The position numbers and the translations under genes were made by a program. Of a stretch of 64,000 bases of DNA, positions 1 to 12,003 are shown piece after piece. Under the pieces are notes generated by a model that did not search any database, had not been told where the DNA came from, and worked only from the letters and a program-made list of their open reading frames with translations. The stretch is taken from assembly GCA_002104905.1 (NCBI GenBank), contig MCFE01000047.1, forward strand, positions 1 through 64,000. Direction: 5' to 3'. The stretch is from Basidiobolus meristosporus CBS 931.73. Its lineage: Eukaryota; Fungi; Basidiobolomycota. How positions within the stretch are numbered: the stretch's first letter is position 1; each line of letters opens with the position of its first letter.

Positions 1-429
1 GAGTAACCAACTTCTGAGTCACTATGAATAATATACTGCCGTGTAGGAAGTGGTTCTCTGTCTACAATATTAATGTTAGGTAGCATATAATAGTCAAGAC
101 ATATGCAGTATAGGCAACTAAACTTGCGGGAGGAAGTATCAATACCAGTTTGTTAGTACATGTTTTCAGAAATAATTTATACTGATGTTTGACATGCGTA
201 CTAAGAATCATAGAGTATTTCTTGGCTTCTGATTGACAAAAGACATATGCAAGCCTGTCACCCGCCATAAACTCAAACAAGGCTCAATACTTAAATGAAA
301 AGAATACTAGTATTTCAAGGTTTGTAAGTAAGCCCATCACAACGACGATGATAAATAAGCATCACGACATGGGCCCGTATGTTTCATTTCATATCAATCT
401 CTCAGGTCTTTATCGCCCATTCAACAAAG

Positions 430-1250
430 TACCTTGGTGCCCCTGACCATGAATGTACATCCTCATCATATGCCTTCAAGCACCCTTGTTCGATTACCTT
501 TCCCCAGATTGAATCTACATTTTTGTCAACGTATAACCTCTAGTAGCTCATTATCTTTACTGCTTTCATACTGGAAGTGCCTTCTGTTGCATCCATCTAC
601 ATTCTTGGCGGTCCGCTTGTCGGCTTCACAAATCTTCTTGTCACTCAGAATTTGTACTCAAGAATATTGTGTGCTTTCATCTAGGATGTTCAATCCTGGG
701 TAATACGGGGAAGCTTCAGGCTGCATACACAAATAGCTTCTATTATCAGGGAAATAAGTCAGGCAGTAGCCAGAAATGCAGGTCTTCACTTTAACAGTGG
801 AGTACAAATTTTCCTTGATGATACAGTACTTGCCGACATCATGATGTCCGTTTGAGGATTTTGCACCTTAGTATATACCAGGACCGCCGTACATTCTTGG
901 GATCAGATTTGACTGAACCTATAGTAACACAGGTGGCAAAGAGAAATGTAGACACAAGGCTGGTGGGTAAGTCGATGAGTATTGCTCATCAATGTACAGC
1001 TCTATGTCAGCGCTGATTTGTTTTATAAAGCCTACCCTCTTAGAGTCTGAAAGAATATAACCCTGTGCTAGTTTAGAGATTGAGAGACATTGACCACCAA
1101 CACATTCCGGCAAGTAGTTGCACGTTTCCCTAGTAAACTGAACAATAACCACTGACTATGTTGTAGGAGGTGTAGCCTTCATTTGTCTAGTGGCAATACC
1201 TCAGGAAGCCACAAGTTGCCATTAGTTCCATGTTATGATTTAAATTTATA
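430..1250 (-). mobile_element. possible highly decayed Ty3/gypsy pol remnant (RNase H/integrase/chromodomain-like fragments)
   Basis: Stop-riddled minus-strand frames give GHHDVGKY..CISGYC..LCMQPEASPYYPGLN (weakly like the integrase H2C2 region) and GAPRYFVEW (weakly like chromodomain YLVKW). No LTR or intact ORF is visible. Confidence 0.25.
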
Positions 1251-1308
1251 GGTCTTCAGTTGTGAGAAACTCCGGATATAATAGGCTTAATAAGATCTGC
1301 AAAACATT

Positions 1309-1380
1309 GGGCTCAACCGGGAATTGAACCCGGGACCTCCTCGACCCGAACGAGGAATCATACTACTAGACCATTGAGCC
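1309..1380 (-). tRNA. tRNA-Pro, anticodon CGG, intronless
   Basis: The reverse complement GGCTCAATGGTCTAGTAGTATGATTCCTCGTTCGGGTCGAGGAGGTCCCGGGTTCAATTCCCGGTTGAGCCC folds as a cloverleaf: acceptor GGCTCAA/TTGAGCC, anticodon stem CCTCG/CGAGG around TT-CGG-GT, T-loop GTTCAAT. A TTTT Pol III terminator follows a few nt downstream. Confidence 0.97.
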
Positions 1381-2695
1381 AAAGATAACAATTGTCATTC
1401 ACAGGGCAAACTATACCAGTAAGATGAGCGGTAGGCACTCCGTAGAGGACAATCATCTGTACTGATATAAGACCAATCATGCCGATCTGCACCCTAATAG
1501 AGTTACTCTGACAAAAATCCTATCTATCACTAATTTAGCACACAGTATATAAGGCACACCATGAATAACTATTGCAGACAGACTCGTACATGAATAAAGT
1601 ATCTTCTCCCTTGCATCCTGGATCGACTCTTACTCTCACAGGAATCCCAAGAGATTTACTATTTAGCCGGGATTTCTCTCTACGAGCGTAACATGTAAAT
1701 CAAGGATAAGCTAAGAAGAAGTAGAGGCTATTCAACAAGATTTGGAGAAGATATCTGGAGGGTTGATAAACCGGTGAAAGTTTGATACTTTGTTGATAGT
1801 AGTTAGAAGGGGCAAGCTTCCAAAAGGAGGGACCGAGATGTACTAAATAATATGTGTTATCATTGAGTGTGATCGATTGTAAGTATGCAGTTTCGAAGTG
1901 TTCGATCAATAGTGTTGAAGTGATTGGTAATGACCAGTTATGATTTAAATCATAACAACGTCTCTTCTCAATGTGAAGTTTATTTTCAGAATAAACTTTG
2001 TCATTATCACCGAAATATGTGATGCGTCACTACCAGTGCTCATCTATACCCATCTGAAGCTTATCATCCTGGAAATAAATTTCAGAAGATATTTTTAAAC
2101 GAGAGGTGATTAGCGCAATTTTAGCTAGTAATTGCAAATCTCACCCGTTCCCTATTTCAGTTACAATATCATGAATCCGATCATTTGTAGTAATCACAGA
2201 TTGGTATAGTAGTTGTCACTCTTGAGCGATTTGCGGATCAGTAACGCATTCCAAACAATTTTAACCTAGATCATCCATTTGCTGATCTGACATATCATAT
2301 TGAAGGGTTACTGACAAGCCTTGGCTGCATTGTGTCAGCTGCGATAGGCAGGTAGAAAGTTGTAGATAGTCATGACTGGAAAATATGCTAAGAATTCCGA
2401 TTGACAATCAATGCAAGAATTCCCCAGAAGATATGATGTGTCTCAAGGGCTAGGATCCATGATGAAGCATTCATAATCAATGATAGGCTTAGCTAGAAAC
2501 ATATACCATGCATCCTATAACGCACAAGCAAGGCCACATCAATCAATATATCATTACAACGCTTGAATATTTACTTTTCGAAAGGTGAGTATATTCATGC
2601 GTCCTATGAGAGAGTTGTGAATGCAAGCCCACCTCAGAATAAAAGCTGGAGCAACGCACTAGAATAAGAACATCAAACTTCAGCTACAAACAATC

Positions 2696-5667
2696 ATGAC
2701 CATCTCCAAGCTTAGCGGATCATCCTTCTACGGAGTTCGGGGCATAAGGAAGGCTTCAGTGCAAGAGTGTAAGGAGACTATTGATGCACGCAACTGAATC
2801 ACCAATACTTACCACCTCACCCTAGTCACAGCCCGTGAAAGAGCAAACAGAATTCAAAATAGCAATCTCGTCCGGTTGGTAGAGGCATATCGCACCTACG
2901 GCCATAAGTGTGCCAAGATTGATCCATTGGATATGTGGCGCCAAGAGTATGTTCAATCCTCTTGTGATTAAAAAAAGCGGTAACTAACAAGAAGCATATT
3001 CAGTCGTGAGCCATCCCTAAACCCGGCCATGTATGGCTTGGTCAATCCGGATACTGCATACTACCTTGAAGGTATATACTGCTTAATATCTTTATTTACA
3101 CACGCACTAACCGCCCTCTCAGGTGTTTTGGAGATGAAAGGGCTTAAGCGTGCAACACTTGCCCAGATCATTGATCACCTGGAACACACTTACTGTGGCC
3201 ATATATCATTCGAGTTCATGCACATAGCAGTAAGTTGTATACACTGCGCTTTGTTGTGAGCCTCACTAATTTCAGATTCCAGGATGATCACTTACGAAAG
3301 TGGTTTGCCCGTCAAGCGGAAACCTACAATGATATCAGATTCTCCAAGGAAGAAAAGTTCAAATTCTTGGAGTTGATCACAAAATCGGAGACTTTTGATC
3401 ATTTCATGATGCGCGAGTGTGGCCACCAAAAACAGTTCAGTCTTGAAGGTTCAGAAAGCGCGATTGTTGCCCTGCAGCAGGTTTTGGAGCTGTCCAGTAA
3501 ATACGGAGTGTTGGAAGTCGTGATGTGCTTGACACATCGCTGCCGTATGCAGATCATGATGGAGTTGCTGGGTGTCCCCAAGGACTCATTGTTCCGGAAA
3601 TTCCAAGGGCTCTCCGAGTTTCCAGAGGAGATACCCTCTCACATTATTGGGGACCTTGTCTATAACTCCCAAGCCTCCGTAGACCTGAACCTTGGTGGGA
3701 AACGTCCGCTACACGTGTCTGTGGTTCCTAACCCCTGTCACTTGGAACTTGTTAATCCTGTTGCGCTTGGCAAGGTACGAGCCAAACAGGAAGACTATTT
3801 ATCCCAGGAAACAGACGACTATAAAGTGGAAGATATGGTGATGAGCGTTCAGATGCATGGCGATGGTGGCTTCACCGGTCAAGGAGTGGTCACTGAAACA
3901 TTTGGTTTAACCAATCTCCCACACTTTACTACTGGAGGGACTGTTCACATCGTACTCAACAATCAAGTCAGCGTCACCACCGACTCTACAAATGGGCGAT
4001 CAACCAGATATTCGTCAGATATTGGGAAAGTCGTAGAGACCCCCGTCATCCACGTAAACGGTGATTACCCCGAACTAGCGGCAATTGCTGGACGAATTGC
4101 GGTCGACTACCGCAAAACCTTCGGAAAGGATATCATCATAGATATGATCACATATCGTCGCCATGGACATCACGAAGCAGAGGATCCATTTTGCGCGCAA
4201 CCCTTAATGTACAAGGAGATCAAGACGCACAATAGTGTAATCGACCTATACACCTCGCAACTGGTACAAGAGAAAATGATCGATTCCACTCAAGTCATGG
4301 CTGATATAAAGGCGAAACATGACGCTCACATCATGAGCTGCTATCGTAACGCACCAAAGTATAAGGTCCAACCGACCCATATGCTTGGGAAATGGAAGTC
4401 GATGACTGTTCCACTGGAGACTATTTGCAAGATGGACACTGGAGTAGAGCCTAATGTTCTGCGTAAAATCGGAGTACAGTCGGTCACAGTGGCGAAAGAT
4501 CTTGTCTTGAATGAAAAGATGAAAAAGCTCAATATTGAGCCCCGCTTGGCACAAATGGGGGAAGGAAAACATATTGGATACGCTGCTGCTGAAGCTATGG
4601 CTATTGGCTCACTCCTTCTTGAGGGATATAACGCCCGTATTTGCGGTCAGGACGTGGCACGTGGCGTATTTATTCCTAGGCACGCCATGATTAACTGCCA
4701 AAAGACCAATACCAAGTACACTCCTCTGAACACTCTCTCCTCTTCTCAAGGAAAGCTAGAGCTAGTGGACAGCCCACTTGGAGAGTTGGCAGTGATGAGT
4801 TATGAGTATGGCATGTCCTTGGAGACACCAAATCGATTAAACATATGGGAGGCTCAACTTGGGGATTTTTTCAACTCCGCACAAGAGGTGATCGACAGCT
4901 TCATCTCAGGGGGGGAAGAGAAGTGGCTACGACAATCGGGATTAGTACTCGTACTCCCCCATGGTTATGAAGGAGCGGGCCCTGAGCATACCTCCTGTCG
5001 CATAGAGCGCTTCCTCCAACTCTCCAGTGACCGGTTCAATGTGACCGATCCAAACATTAGCAACAATGTTAACTGGCATGTTGTCAATTGCTCTACGCCC
5101 GCTCAATACTTCCACGTCCTACGCCGTCAAATGAAGCGGAATTTCCGCAAACCTCTGATTGTTATTGGCCCAAAAAGGCTCACACGTATACCAAAGGCAG
5201 TGTCTGATCTAGATGACTTTGCACCAGGCACTTCGTTCCAACCAGTGATCCCGGATACCGAGGCCAATAGACTTATGGTACGTCGAGTGATATTCGTCTC
5301 TGGGAAACTATACTATGAATTGCTAGAGGAAAGATCCAAGAGAGGTTTGTCAGACATGATAGCTCTAGTTAGAGTGGAAGAATTTTCCCCGTTTCCCAAG
5401 GAAGATTTGGTGGAGGAAATTTCAAAGTATTCCGAGGCTTGCGAGTTTGTGTGGTGTCAAGAAGAAACCCAAAATGGCGGGGCATGGTTTTTTATGGAAT
5501 CAAGATTCAATCAAATCCTCCCAGCCCAACGTCAACTTGGATATGTTGGAAGGAGCACATGTGCCGCCCCTGCAAATGGTATTTACGTAAAGCATCTAGA
5601 TGAACAAAAACGAATTTACGAAGACGCACTCACATTGACGCCAATCCAACATCAACCATCAACTTAA
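2696..5667 (+). CDS. DHTKD1-like 2-oxoacid dehydrogenase E1 (OGDH/2-oxoadipate family), divergent active site; 4 introns in the 5' part
   Basis: Spliced N-terminus MTISKLSGSSFYGVRG..RLVEAYRTYGHKCAKIDPL joins ORF 3235-5667. Motifs HGDGGFTGQG..NNQ (ThDP binding), NPCHLE, WEAQLGDFFN and LPHGYEGAGPEH. Closer to DHTKD1 (RKFQGLSEFPE, GDFFN, SGGEEKW) than to OGDH. Confidence 0.9.
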
Positions 5668-5918
5668 TAAACATTTTGTATCATTTCCACATCAACGTCC
5701 ACTTCTCATATTCCGCGATAATGCCATCAAGTGTGCTAAGCACGACATATCCTTATTGACCTCATAAACAGGTTACTGTTGCCAATTGCAACTAGTTCCT
5801 TTGTGGGCGCTATTACAACCAAGTTGGGGATTCTCAGTTGTTAGTGGCCTACATCATGTTTCCAATAAATAGGACCCGGTGAAAGGATCGATTTTCAGAA
5901 CAACTAACTAGTGCAGCT

Positions 5919-6983
5919 ATGTCAGTAACCACCCAACGTATAGCTAATGAGGTAGAAACACCCAAAAAGAGTGCTCAGCATATCCAGGCACTGTTGCCAA
6001 CTTTTCCGAAGGCTGATTACCCTCCCCTTGAGGAGGTCACTGTGGATGATCGTGCTGCGTATGCCTCCAAGGATAAGAAATCTTTACTCGATGCAGTTAC
6101 CAAAAGGCTTGATCTGACTACCCATATTGGCACCGAACTGCATGGAATCCAATTATCCCAGTTGACCGATCAGCAGAAAGATGAACTTGCCTTACTAGTA
6201 GCCGAACGGGGAGTCGTCTTCTTTCGTGACCAGGATCTGGATATACACGAGCAGCTGGACTTGGGTCGCTACTACGGTCCCTTGCACATCCACCATACTA
6301 CGCCTCATCCAGAAGGCCTTCCCGAGGTTCACCTTATCTATCAAGATGAAAATGTAGGAGTCGATAATAGTTACCTTCCATATCCTAGCTCTCAGGATTA
6401 TTGGCATAGCGATGTATCCTATGAACTGCAACCACCCAGTTATACTACATTGAAGATCTATGCTCAGCCTGAGGTGGGTAGTGACACCTTATGGGCAAGC
6501 CAGTATACGGCCTACGATAAACTCAGCCCCATATATAAGAGATTTGTCGAAGGCCTGGTTGCTGTACATAGTGGCGTGGAGCAATCCGAAGATGCGCGTA
6601 AGAACGGAACTCATGTTCGCCGTGAACCAGTTGTACACGAGCACCCAGTGGTTCGTACCCACCCAGTCACTGGCTGGAAGGCATTGTACGTGAATCCAGT
6701 ATTCACCAGGTATATCAAGGGAGTGAGCAGACAAGAATCTGACAGCATTTTGCAGTTCCTTTACTCTCATATTACTGGAAGCTCCGATTTCCAGGTTCGC
6801 TTTAAATGGCTTCCCAACTCGGTGGCAGTCTGGGATAATCGAGTGACTGTGCATACAGTTGCACGAGACTCGTTTGGCTCGTATCGTCATGGGACTCGCG
6901 TAACCCCCCATGCGGAGAAACCCTATTTTGATACCGAAAGTAAAAGCAGGGCGGAGGAAATTAGAAAGCAGAGGAAGCAGTGA
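5919..6983 (+). CDS. Fe(II)/2-oxoglutarate-dependent dioxygenase, TauD/TfdA family (JLP1-like sulfonate dioxygenase)
   Basis: Intronless 354 aa; ERGVVFFRDQ, WHSDVSYE (HxD), HPVVRTHPVTG and WDNRVTVH (distal His). Confidence 0.93.
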   Translation: MSVTTQRIANEVETPKKSAQHIQALLPTFPKADYPPLEEVTVDDRAAYASKDKKSLLDAVTKRLDLTTHIGTELHGIQLSQLTDQQKDELALLVAERGVVFFRDQDLDIHEQLDLGRYYGPLHIHHTTPHPEGLPEVHLIYQDENVGVDNSYLPYPSSQDYWHSDVSYELQPPSYTTLKIYAQPEVGSDTLWASQYTAYDKLSPIYKRFVEGLVAVHSGVEQSEDARKNGTHVRREPVVHEHPVVRTHPVTGWKALYVNPVFTRYIKGVSRQESDSILQFLYSHITGSSDFQVRFKWLPNSVAVWDNRVTVHTVARDSFGSYRHGTRVTPHAEKPYFDTESKSRAEEIRKQRKQ

Positions 6984-7209
6984 ATGCAAAATGATTTATG
7001 AATAAAGCGACATATTATGTAAAAAAGAAACTGCTTTGCAGATGAGTAACATACGAGGTATTAAATGTGACGTCTCTGTCATTCTTGCGGATGTAGCTTT
7101 TAAATCCATTTTCATAAATTACAAGGAGTTGGAGCGTGAGGTATATATGTGTGGGGTCTATGAATCAGCGTCATATTATGAAAACACTAAATGCAGAGAA
7201 CGAATCACA

Positions 7210-7287
7210 CAACATAGACTACGGCTTTAAGCAAGTATATCCCATGCACGCAACATAAATTACGGCTTTAAGCAAGTATATCCCATG
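7210..7287 (+). repeat. 41-bp-period direct duplication
   Basis: caacatagactacggctttaagcaagtatatcccatg (7210-7246) and caacataaattacggctttaagcaagtatatcccatg (7251-7287); 27-bp identical core. Confidence 0.95.
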
Positions 7288-7892
7288 GTACTAAGACTCA
7301 TTCGCTCAATCGAGCCAAGTCAGTCATCTGCCCATCCAATCGTCAAGTGAGCTCATATTGTTAAAGAAAAGCACCACATTCTGCGAAATAATGGCGTGAC
7401 ATTGCTAACCCAATGCGACTAATCTAATCCAGACTAAGTACAAAGTCCACTACTCACTGATAAATGACTCTTGTCCTTGGTTTAACCCACCTCAGACGAA
7501 AATGAAATCTCCGATTGAATGGTGCAATTTTCCACGAAGAGAGTAAATTCAACCACAACCAATCATATGTCCTCATTAGGGATTGTAAAACTGAGCTCTC
7601 TGGTGATAGTTGGCAAACCTGTTTTACACCAGGTCATAGGAGTTGTCTCCACTATACCAATGGGACCGTGGAGAAGAACTGGTTAAGGAAAAATGGAATT
7701 TACACGACGGCTCGTGGAGTAGACAGCTGTGATAAATCATTGTTGACGCTAGAGCTTGTTATGGTGGCGTTAGCTTGTGGCATTTTACATTAATGGGATC
7801 AAATGCCACAGGCCAGCAGTCGTACCACTCTGGTCAATCCTTTAAAAAGAGGTATTCGAGCTCCATAGTAAAGTATTCTACCTGAATTCAAG

Positions 7893-9416
7893 ATGGTTTT
7901 AGAGAAAAAGCCAATTCAAGAAGACATACCAACAGTGAAGCACGAGAGGTACAGCCATATTGAAGGGTATGAGCCAAGTCTCGAATGGACACCGGAAGAG
8001 GAAAAGAAGCTAGTTCGTAAGGTTGACATTCGCCTTATGACATGGGTCGGTCTGATGTTCTTCTTCCTTCAATTGGATCGTGGCAACGTTTCGAATGCCA
8101 TGACAGACAACTTTGCTGAGGATCTTGGGATAACACTCAACGAACTCAACCTCGGCGCCACTATTTTTATCATTTGCTTCGTAAGTCTTGAGATCCCCTC
8201 CAACATGGTGATCCGCCGAATTGGTGCAGAAAAATGGATACCACTCCTGATGTTCTTGTGGGGTACTGTCAGTTGGGCGCAAGCGTTTATGCACGACAAA
8301 ACCTCCTTCTATCTCTCGCGCTTGTTCCTTGGCTTTACTGAGGCCGGCTATGTCCCAGGTATCATCCTTTACATGACCACATACTACACAAGAGAGGAAC
8401 TGGCCACACGTCTATCCTGGTTTTGGGGAGTCCTCGCTTTGGCTGATGCCTCGGCTGGATTGATTGCCTTCGGCGTCCTCCGATTACGCGGAGTTGCTGG
8501 CCTCAAGGGCTGGCAGTGGCTCTTTTTAATAGATGGTATCTGCACCGTCATTGTGGCACTGCTTACATTCTTTTATCTTCCGGAAGGACCCACAAGGACC
8601 AAAGGGCTTCTTAGAGGAAAGAATGGGTGGTTTGACGATAGAGAAGTCAAAATCTTGGTTACTCGTCTAATCCGGGATGATCCTAGTAAAGCCGTTGGAC
8701 GTAGAGAGGGAGTCAAGAGATCCGAGCTATTCGCAGCCTTCACTGACCTTCGTATTTGGGGACACCTTTTTATAGGCTTCTTTGGGCTAATGGCATCATC
8801 TCCGGTTACCTCGTACATGCCGCTGATCATCAAAAGTCTTGGGTTTAGTACGGTGATTAGCAACCTGCTGACCATGCCAGCTCATCTTCTCAAATTCTTG
8901 GCTATGCTTGCTCTAACACGCAACAGCGACCGAACCAAGGACAGGGCTTGGCACGGTGTAGTTGGTACTACTTGGTTTTTATTGGGGGTTCTCCTGCTCG
9001 AATTTTTACCCGACAATACCAACAAGTGGACGCTATACGGAGTTATCATTTTCACCGTCGGTTGGCCCTATTGGCATCCCATCAATGCAGCCTGGCTTAC
9101 AGAGAATGTAGCGCCTATGGGCAAAAGATCTATAGGCTTAGCAATGTACATCATGTCCGTCAATATCAATGGACTCGTCAGTAGCCAGATTTATCGTGAT
9201 GACGACAAGCCAAGGTTTCATCGGGGCAACTGGGTACTTATTGGCCTGGCTGTACTGGCCATTCTACTATTCATTGCTCAGCGGTATCATTATATCTATC
9301 TTAACCGTCAAAGAGAACGTAAATGGAACTCAATGTCGCAAGAAGAGAGAAACAACTACCTTCTAAACACGAAAGACGTCGGCAATGACAGATTAGACTT
9401 CCGATTCACCTACTAA
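7893..9416 (+). CDS. MFS transporter, allantoate/anion:cation symporter family (DAL5/SOA1/TNA1-like)
   Basis: 507 aa with multiple TM segments; EEEKKLVRKVD, LDRGNVSNA, RLFLGFTEAG and FFYLPEGP are family motifs. Confidence 0.92.
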   Translation: MVLEKKPIQEDIPTVKHERYSHIEGYEPSLEWTPEEEKKLVRKVDIRLMTWVGLMFFFLQLDRGNVSNAMTDNFAEDLGITLNELNLGATIFIICFVSLEIPSNMVIRRIGAEKWIPLLMFLWGTVSWAQAFMHDKTSFYLSRLFLGFTEAGYVPGIILYMTTYYTREELATRLSWFWGVLALADASAGLIAFGVLRLRGVAGLKGWQWLFLIDGICTVIVALLTFFYLPEGPTRTKGLLRGKNGWFDDREVKILVTRLIRDDPSKAVGRREGVKRSELFAAFTDLRIWGHLFIGFFGLMASSPVTSYMPLIIKSLGFSTVISNLLTMPAHLLKFLAMLALTRNSDRTKDRAWHGVVGTTWFLLGVLLLEFLPDNTNKWTLYGVIIFTVGWPYWHPINAAWLTENVAPMGKRSIGLAMYIMSVNINGLVSSQIYRDDDKPRFHRGNWVLIGLAVLAILLFIAQRYHYIYLNRQRERKWNSMSQEERNNYLLNTKDVGNDRLDFRFTY

Positions 9417-9497
9417 TAGACTGGTGGTGATGGTTTGAGCCTTAAATTTATTTCATTTTTATCCACCTGATGTAAAAATTCAATAAACCATGCACAA

Positions 9498-10338
9498 CTA
9501 TAGCCCCTTCAACGCCATAGAGGAGATGACAAAATTGTGTATGTCATCGAAGGAAGACTGGGTTGGATTGAATTTGTACATCTGCGAAGCGTGGTTCAAT
9601 AAAACTGCATTCATTTGATGAGATGGCCAATTACTCTACTAACCTTTTGAAGCAATTCCATGTCGGCCACTTTTCCAATATCTTCTAACTTTCCAACATC
9701 CCCCTTGACTACACTCTGGAACTCTTGCAGCAGCTATATCGATGGATTTGGTAAGAACAGGCCATCCTAGACGGGCGACACATACATGCAGCATGTACCT
9801 CTGCTTCGGTAGCATTTCCTATCTTAATCCCAACCAAAGTAGTCGAATCTTCTTTGACCCCAAAACGCTCCAAGGTTTGCGCAATCTTGTTATAGTTGAG
9901 TATGAAAACCCCGATGGTTGATTTTGTCAAAACACACTTACGTTCATGTTTGGTGAAAGGCTAAATATCGTTTCCAAAAGGAGGTTTCGTGTTTTTAGTT
10001 TCCCCAAGCTGTCCATATAAAGCGCACGGTTTGCGGCCACTAAGATCTGAAAAGTCGAGAGGATCTAACAAAAATCAGGACAATTTGGTTCAGTTCAAGA
10101 TTCTCCGGTAGCTGTATTTCAAAAATCCATCGTCGCCTTCTAACGGAAATTCCGGTCGAGCGCAAGAAATATTCGTATGGTCACCTACCATTCTAGCATC
10201 AACAAAACAACAACCAAGCTGAAAATCTCCTTCTGATACGAGACTTTTTATTTCGGAGGCGTTTGTAACGTTTTCGAATAACACCATGTTCACGGGACCA
10301 TGTTGTGTATATAAAGCCTCTTTAGTCAACACCGACAT
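9498..10338 (-). CDS. CGI121: KEOPS/EKC complex subunit CGI121/TPRKB (multi-exon)
   Basis: Spliced: ..[21 protein letters not shown]|[35 protein letters not shown]|[10 protein letters not shown]..|..ISSMALKGL*, with GT-AG introns. Confidence 0.88.
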
Positions 10339-10635
10339 ATTTTCTCTAGTGGAAGGAACACAACCAGGATGCTCTGCGAAGGGATGCACATTACCTTTTA
10401 GTAAATTTTAGATCCATACTGTGAGCAGATATTCCAATGATTTGATTAATAGCTGGTTTAAATATATGCCTATTAATGATTACTTCATCTTATCATTGTT
10501 CGTGATTAATGACAACATAAATCGTTACGGAAATAAAAAAAACCTCTAGTTCATCCTTAGGACGGTGTATGTTTTGTTGACGAGCGAATGAAGCCATATT
10601 AGATATACATATTGCGTCAAGCTGCATTTTTTGTT

Positions 10636-11530
10636 ATGTCTGGTAGCCCAGAAGTTTTTGGAGAGAATAATGTGGAAGCGGAGGCGGTTTTTACTGCGAT
10701 GAACATCACCAATATTGTAAACCCACCAACAAGCAAAAAACGAAAAGCTGAAGAGAGAACGGTAGATCCTTCCAAGACTCTCACAGCTGCTGCCAAGGAT
10801 TCTGTGACTGTAAAAGATCGCTTTGATTCCGGTGAGAAATCCAATTCAATGGAAAGATCTATTTACACAGCTTGCACTGACACGGCTCGCGCTACCTCTC
10901 TTTAGTCAAGCTCAACAATGGAATTAGATTATTACAGGCCGTAAAGGTTGGAGATCCCGTAAATATGGGTGAGCAATATTCCAACGTAAGTAGATCCTTC
11001 GTTATATTAGGTGAGCCAAATACTAATAGCTTTTTAAAGATGCTGCGCCATTGTAAGCGACAATTGGAAGGTATGCTTTCAATTTCACTCGAGCATTTCC
11101 GAGGAGCAAAGAATACTCAGCCTTTCATTACACTTTAGAAGACGACCCAGACCCAGATTCCCGTGATCTTGACCTTGAATCTGTATATAACTATCTAGCT
11201 TGGGCTATTCATCCACAAGATCAAGACTGCCATAGTGAGCCGACACCACAAGCACAACGGATCCTCCGAACCCTGCTACACAATCTATCTAGTAAGATTA
11301 TCAATTTGGGCTGCCTCGAACAACGTAAACATGTTGCGCGTAAATTAGCCTTAGTAAAGGCAAATCTTGAGGGCATCGAAGTCAAAACCACGAGCAAAAA
11401 GAAAAAAACCGATAAGGACCGGCCGGCATCAAACAATCCATTGAGCATCACTAGGCCAATGCTTGACCCGTTCAAAACGGCAGAAAACTCGCAATCCTCA
11501 TCGGATGAAGACACCATGTCACCCAAATAG
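10636..11530 (+). CDS. hypothetical protein, about 230 aa, 3 introns, NLS-like basic stretches
   Basis: Exons join in frame across gtgag../gtaagt../gtatgc.. introns (MSGSPEVF..KKRK..|VKLNNGIRLLQ..|MLRHCKRQLE|EDDPD..LDLESVYNYLAW..SPK*). No family recognised. Confidence 0.65.
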
Positions 11531-12003
11531 AAATATACTCACAATTAGACCAGATACCGCAACCGCAACCGCAACGATAAATGCATCTTCAAAAATCCAT
11601 AGCACACTAATTTAATAAATGCAGTACAAGTGTCGTCTATAAACGCCCCATCAATTAGTTGGTACCCAGGTATGATTGATTGATCATACGGATCTTGTTT
11701 ATTCATGTGAGTTTTTTCTTAGATTCGTATGCGATGACACCCTCATAGAATGAAAATGGCTGATCGGTTTCACACTGCTCAATCTCGTAATGCCTTTATC
11801 GATATCGGGCACCAGCAAACATGAATCTTCATTGATTATTAATGTACTATCACTGATTGGTTTTCTATCTTGATGGAAACAAGGATTTATTACAAGTGGC
11901 TTTGGGTGTTGCGGGGTGTGGGTCTGATGTACATGAATATATGGTTGGATTAATTTTGAGCGCCGCCAATATCACCATTGCATGGCTAGAATGCAGATGC
12001 TCC

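Noticed and set aside
7210-7287. Repeat-spacer-repeat resembling a minimal CRISPR array
   Set aside because: Two copies only, the spacer is partly duplicated too, the context is eukaryotic and there are no cas genes.
5668-7892. CYS-3/MetR-type bZIP sites (ATGRYRYCAT) upstream of TauD and the MFS gene
   Set aside because: Only two-mismatch near matches were seen (ttgacctcat, atggcgtgac); not supportable.
11160-11210. SNAPC2-like motif (LDLESVYNYLA vs recalled DFEKIYKYLS)
   Set aside because: Too short to assign a gene name without a profile search.
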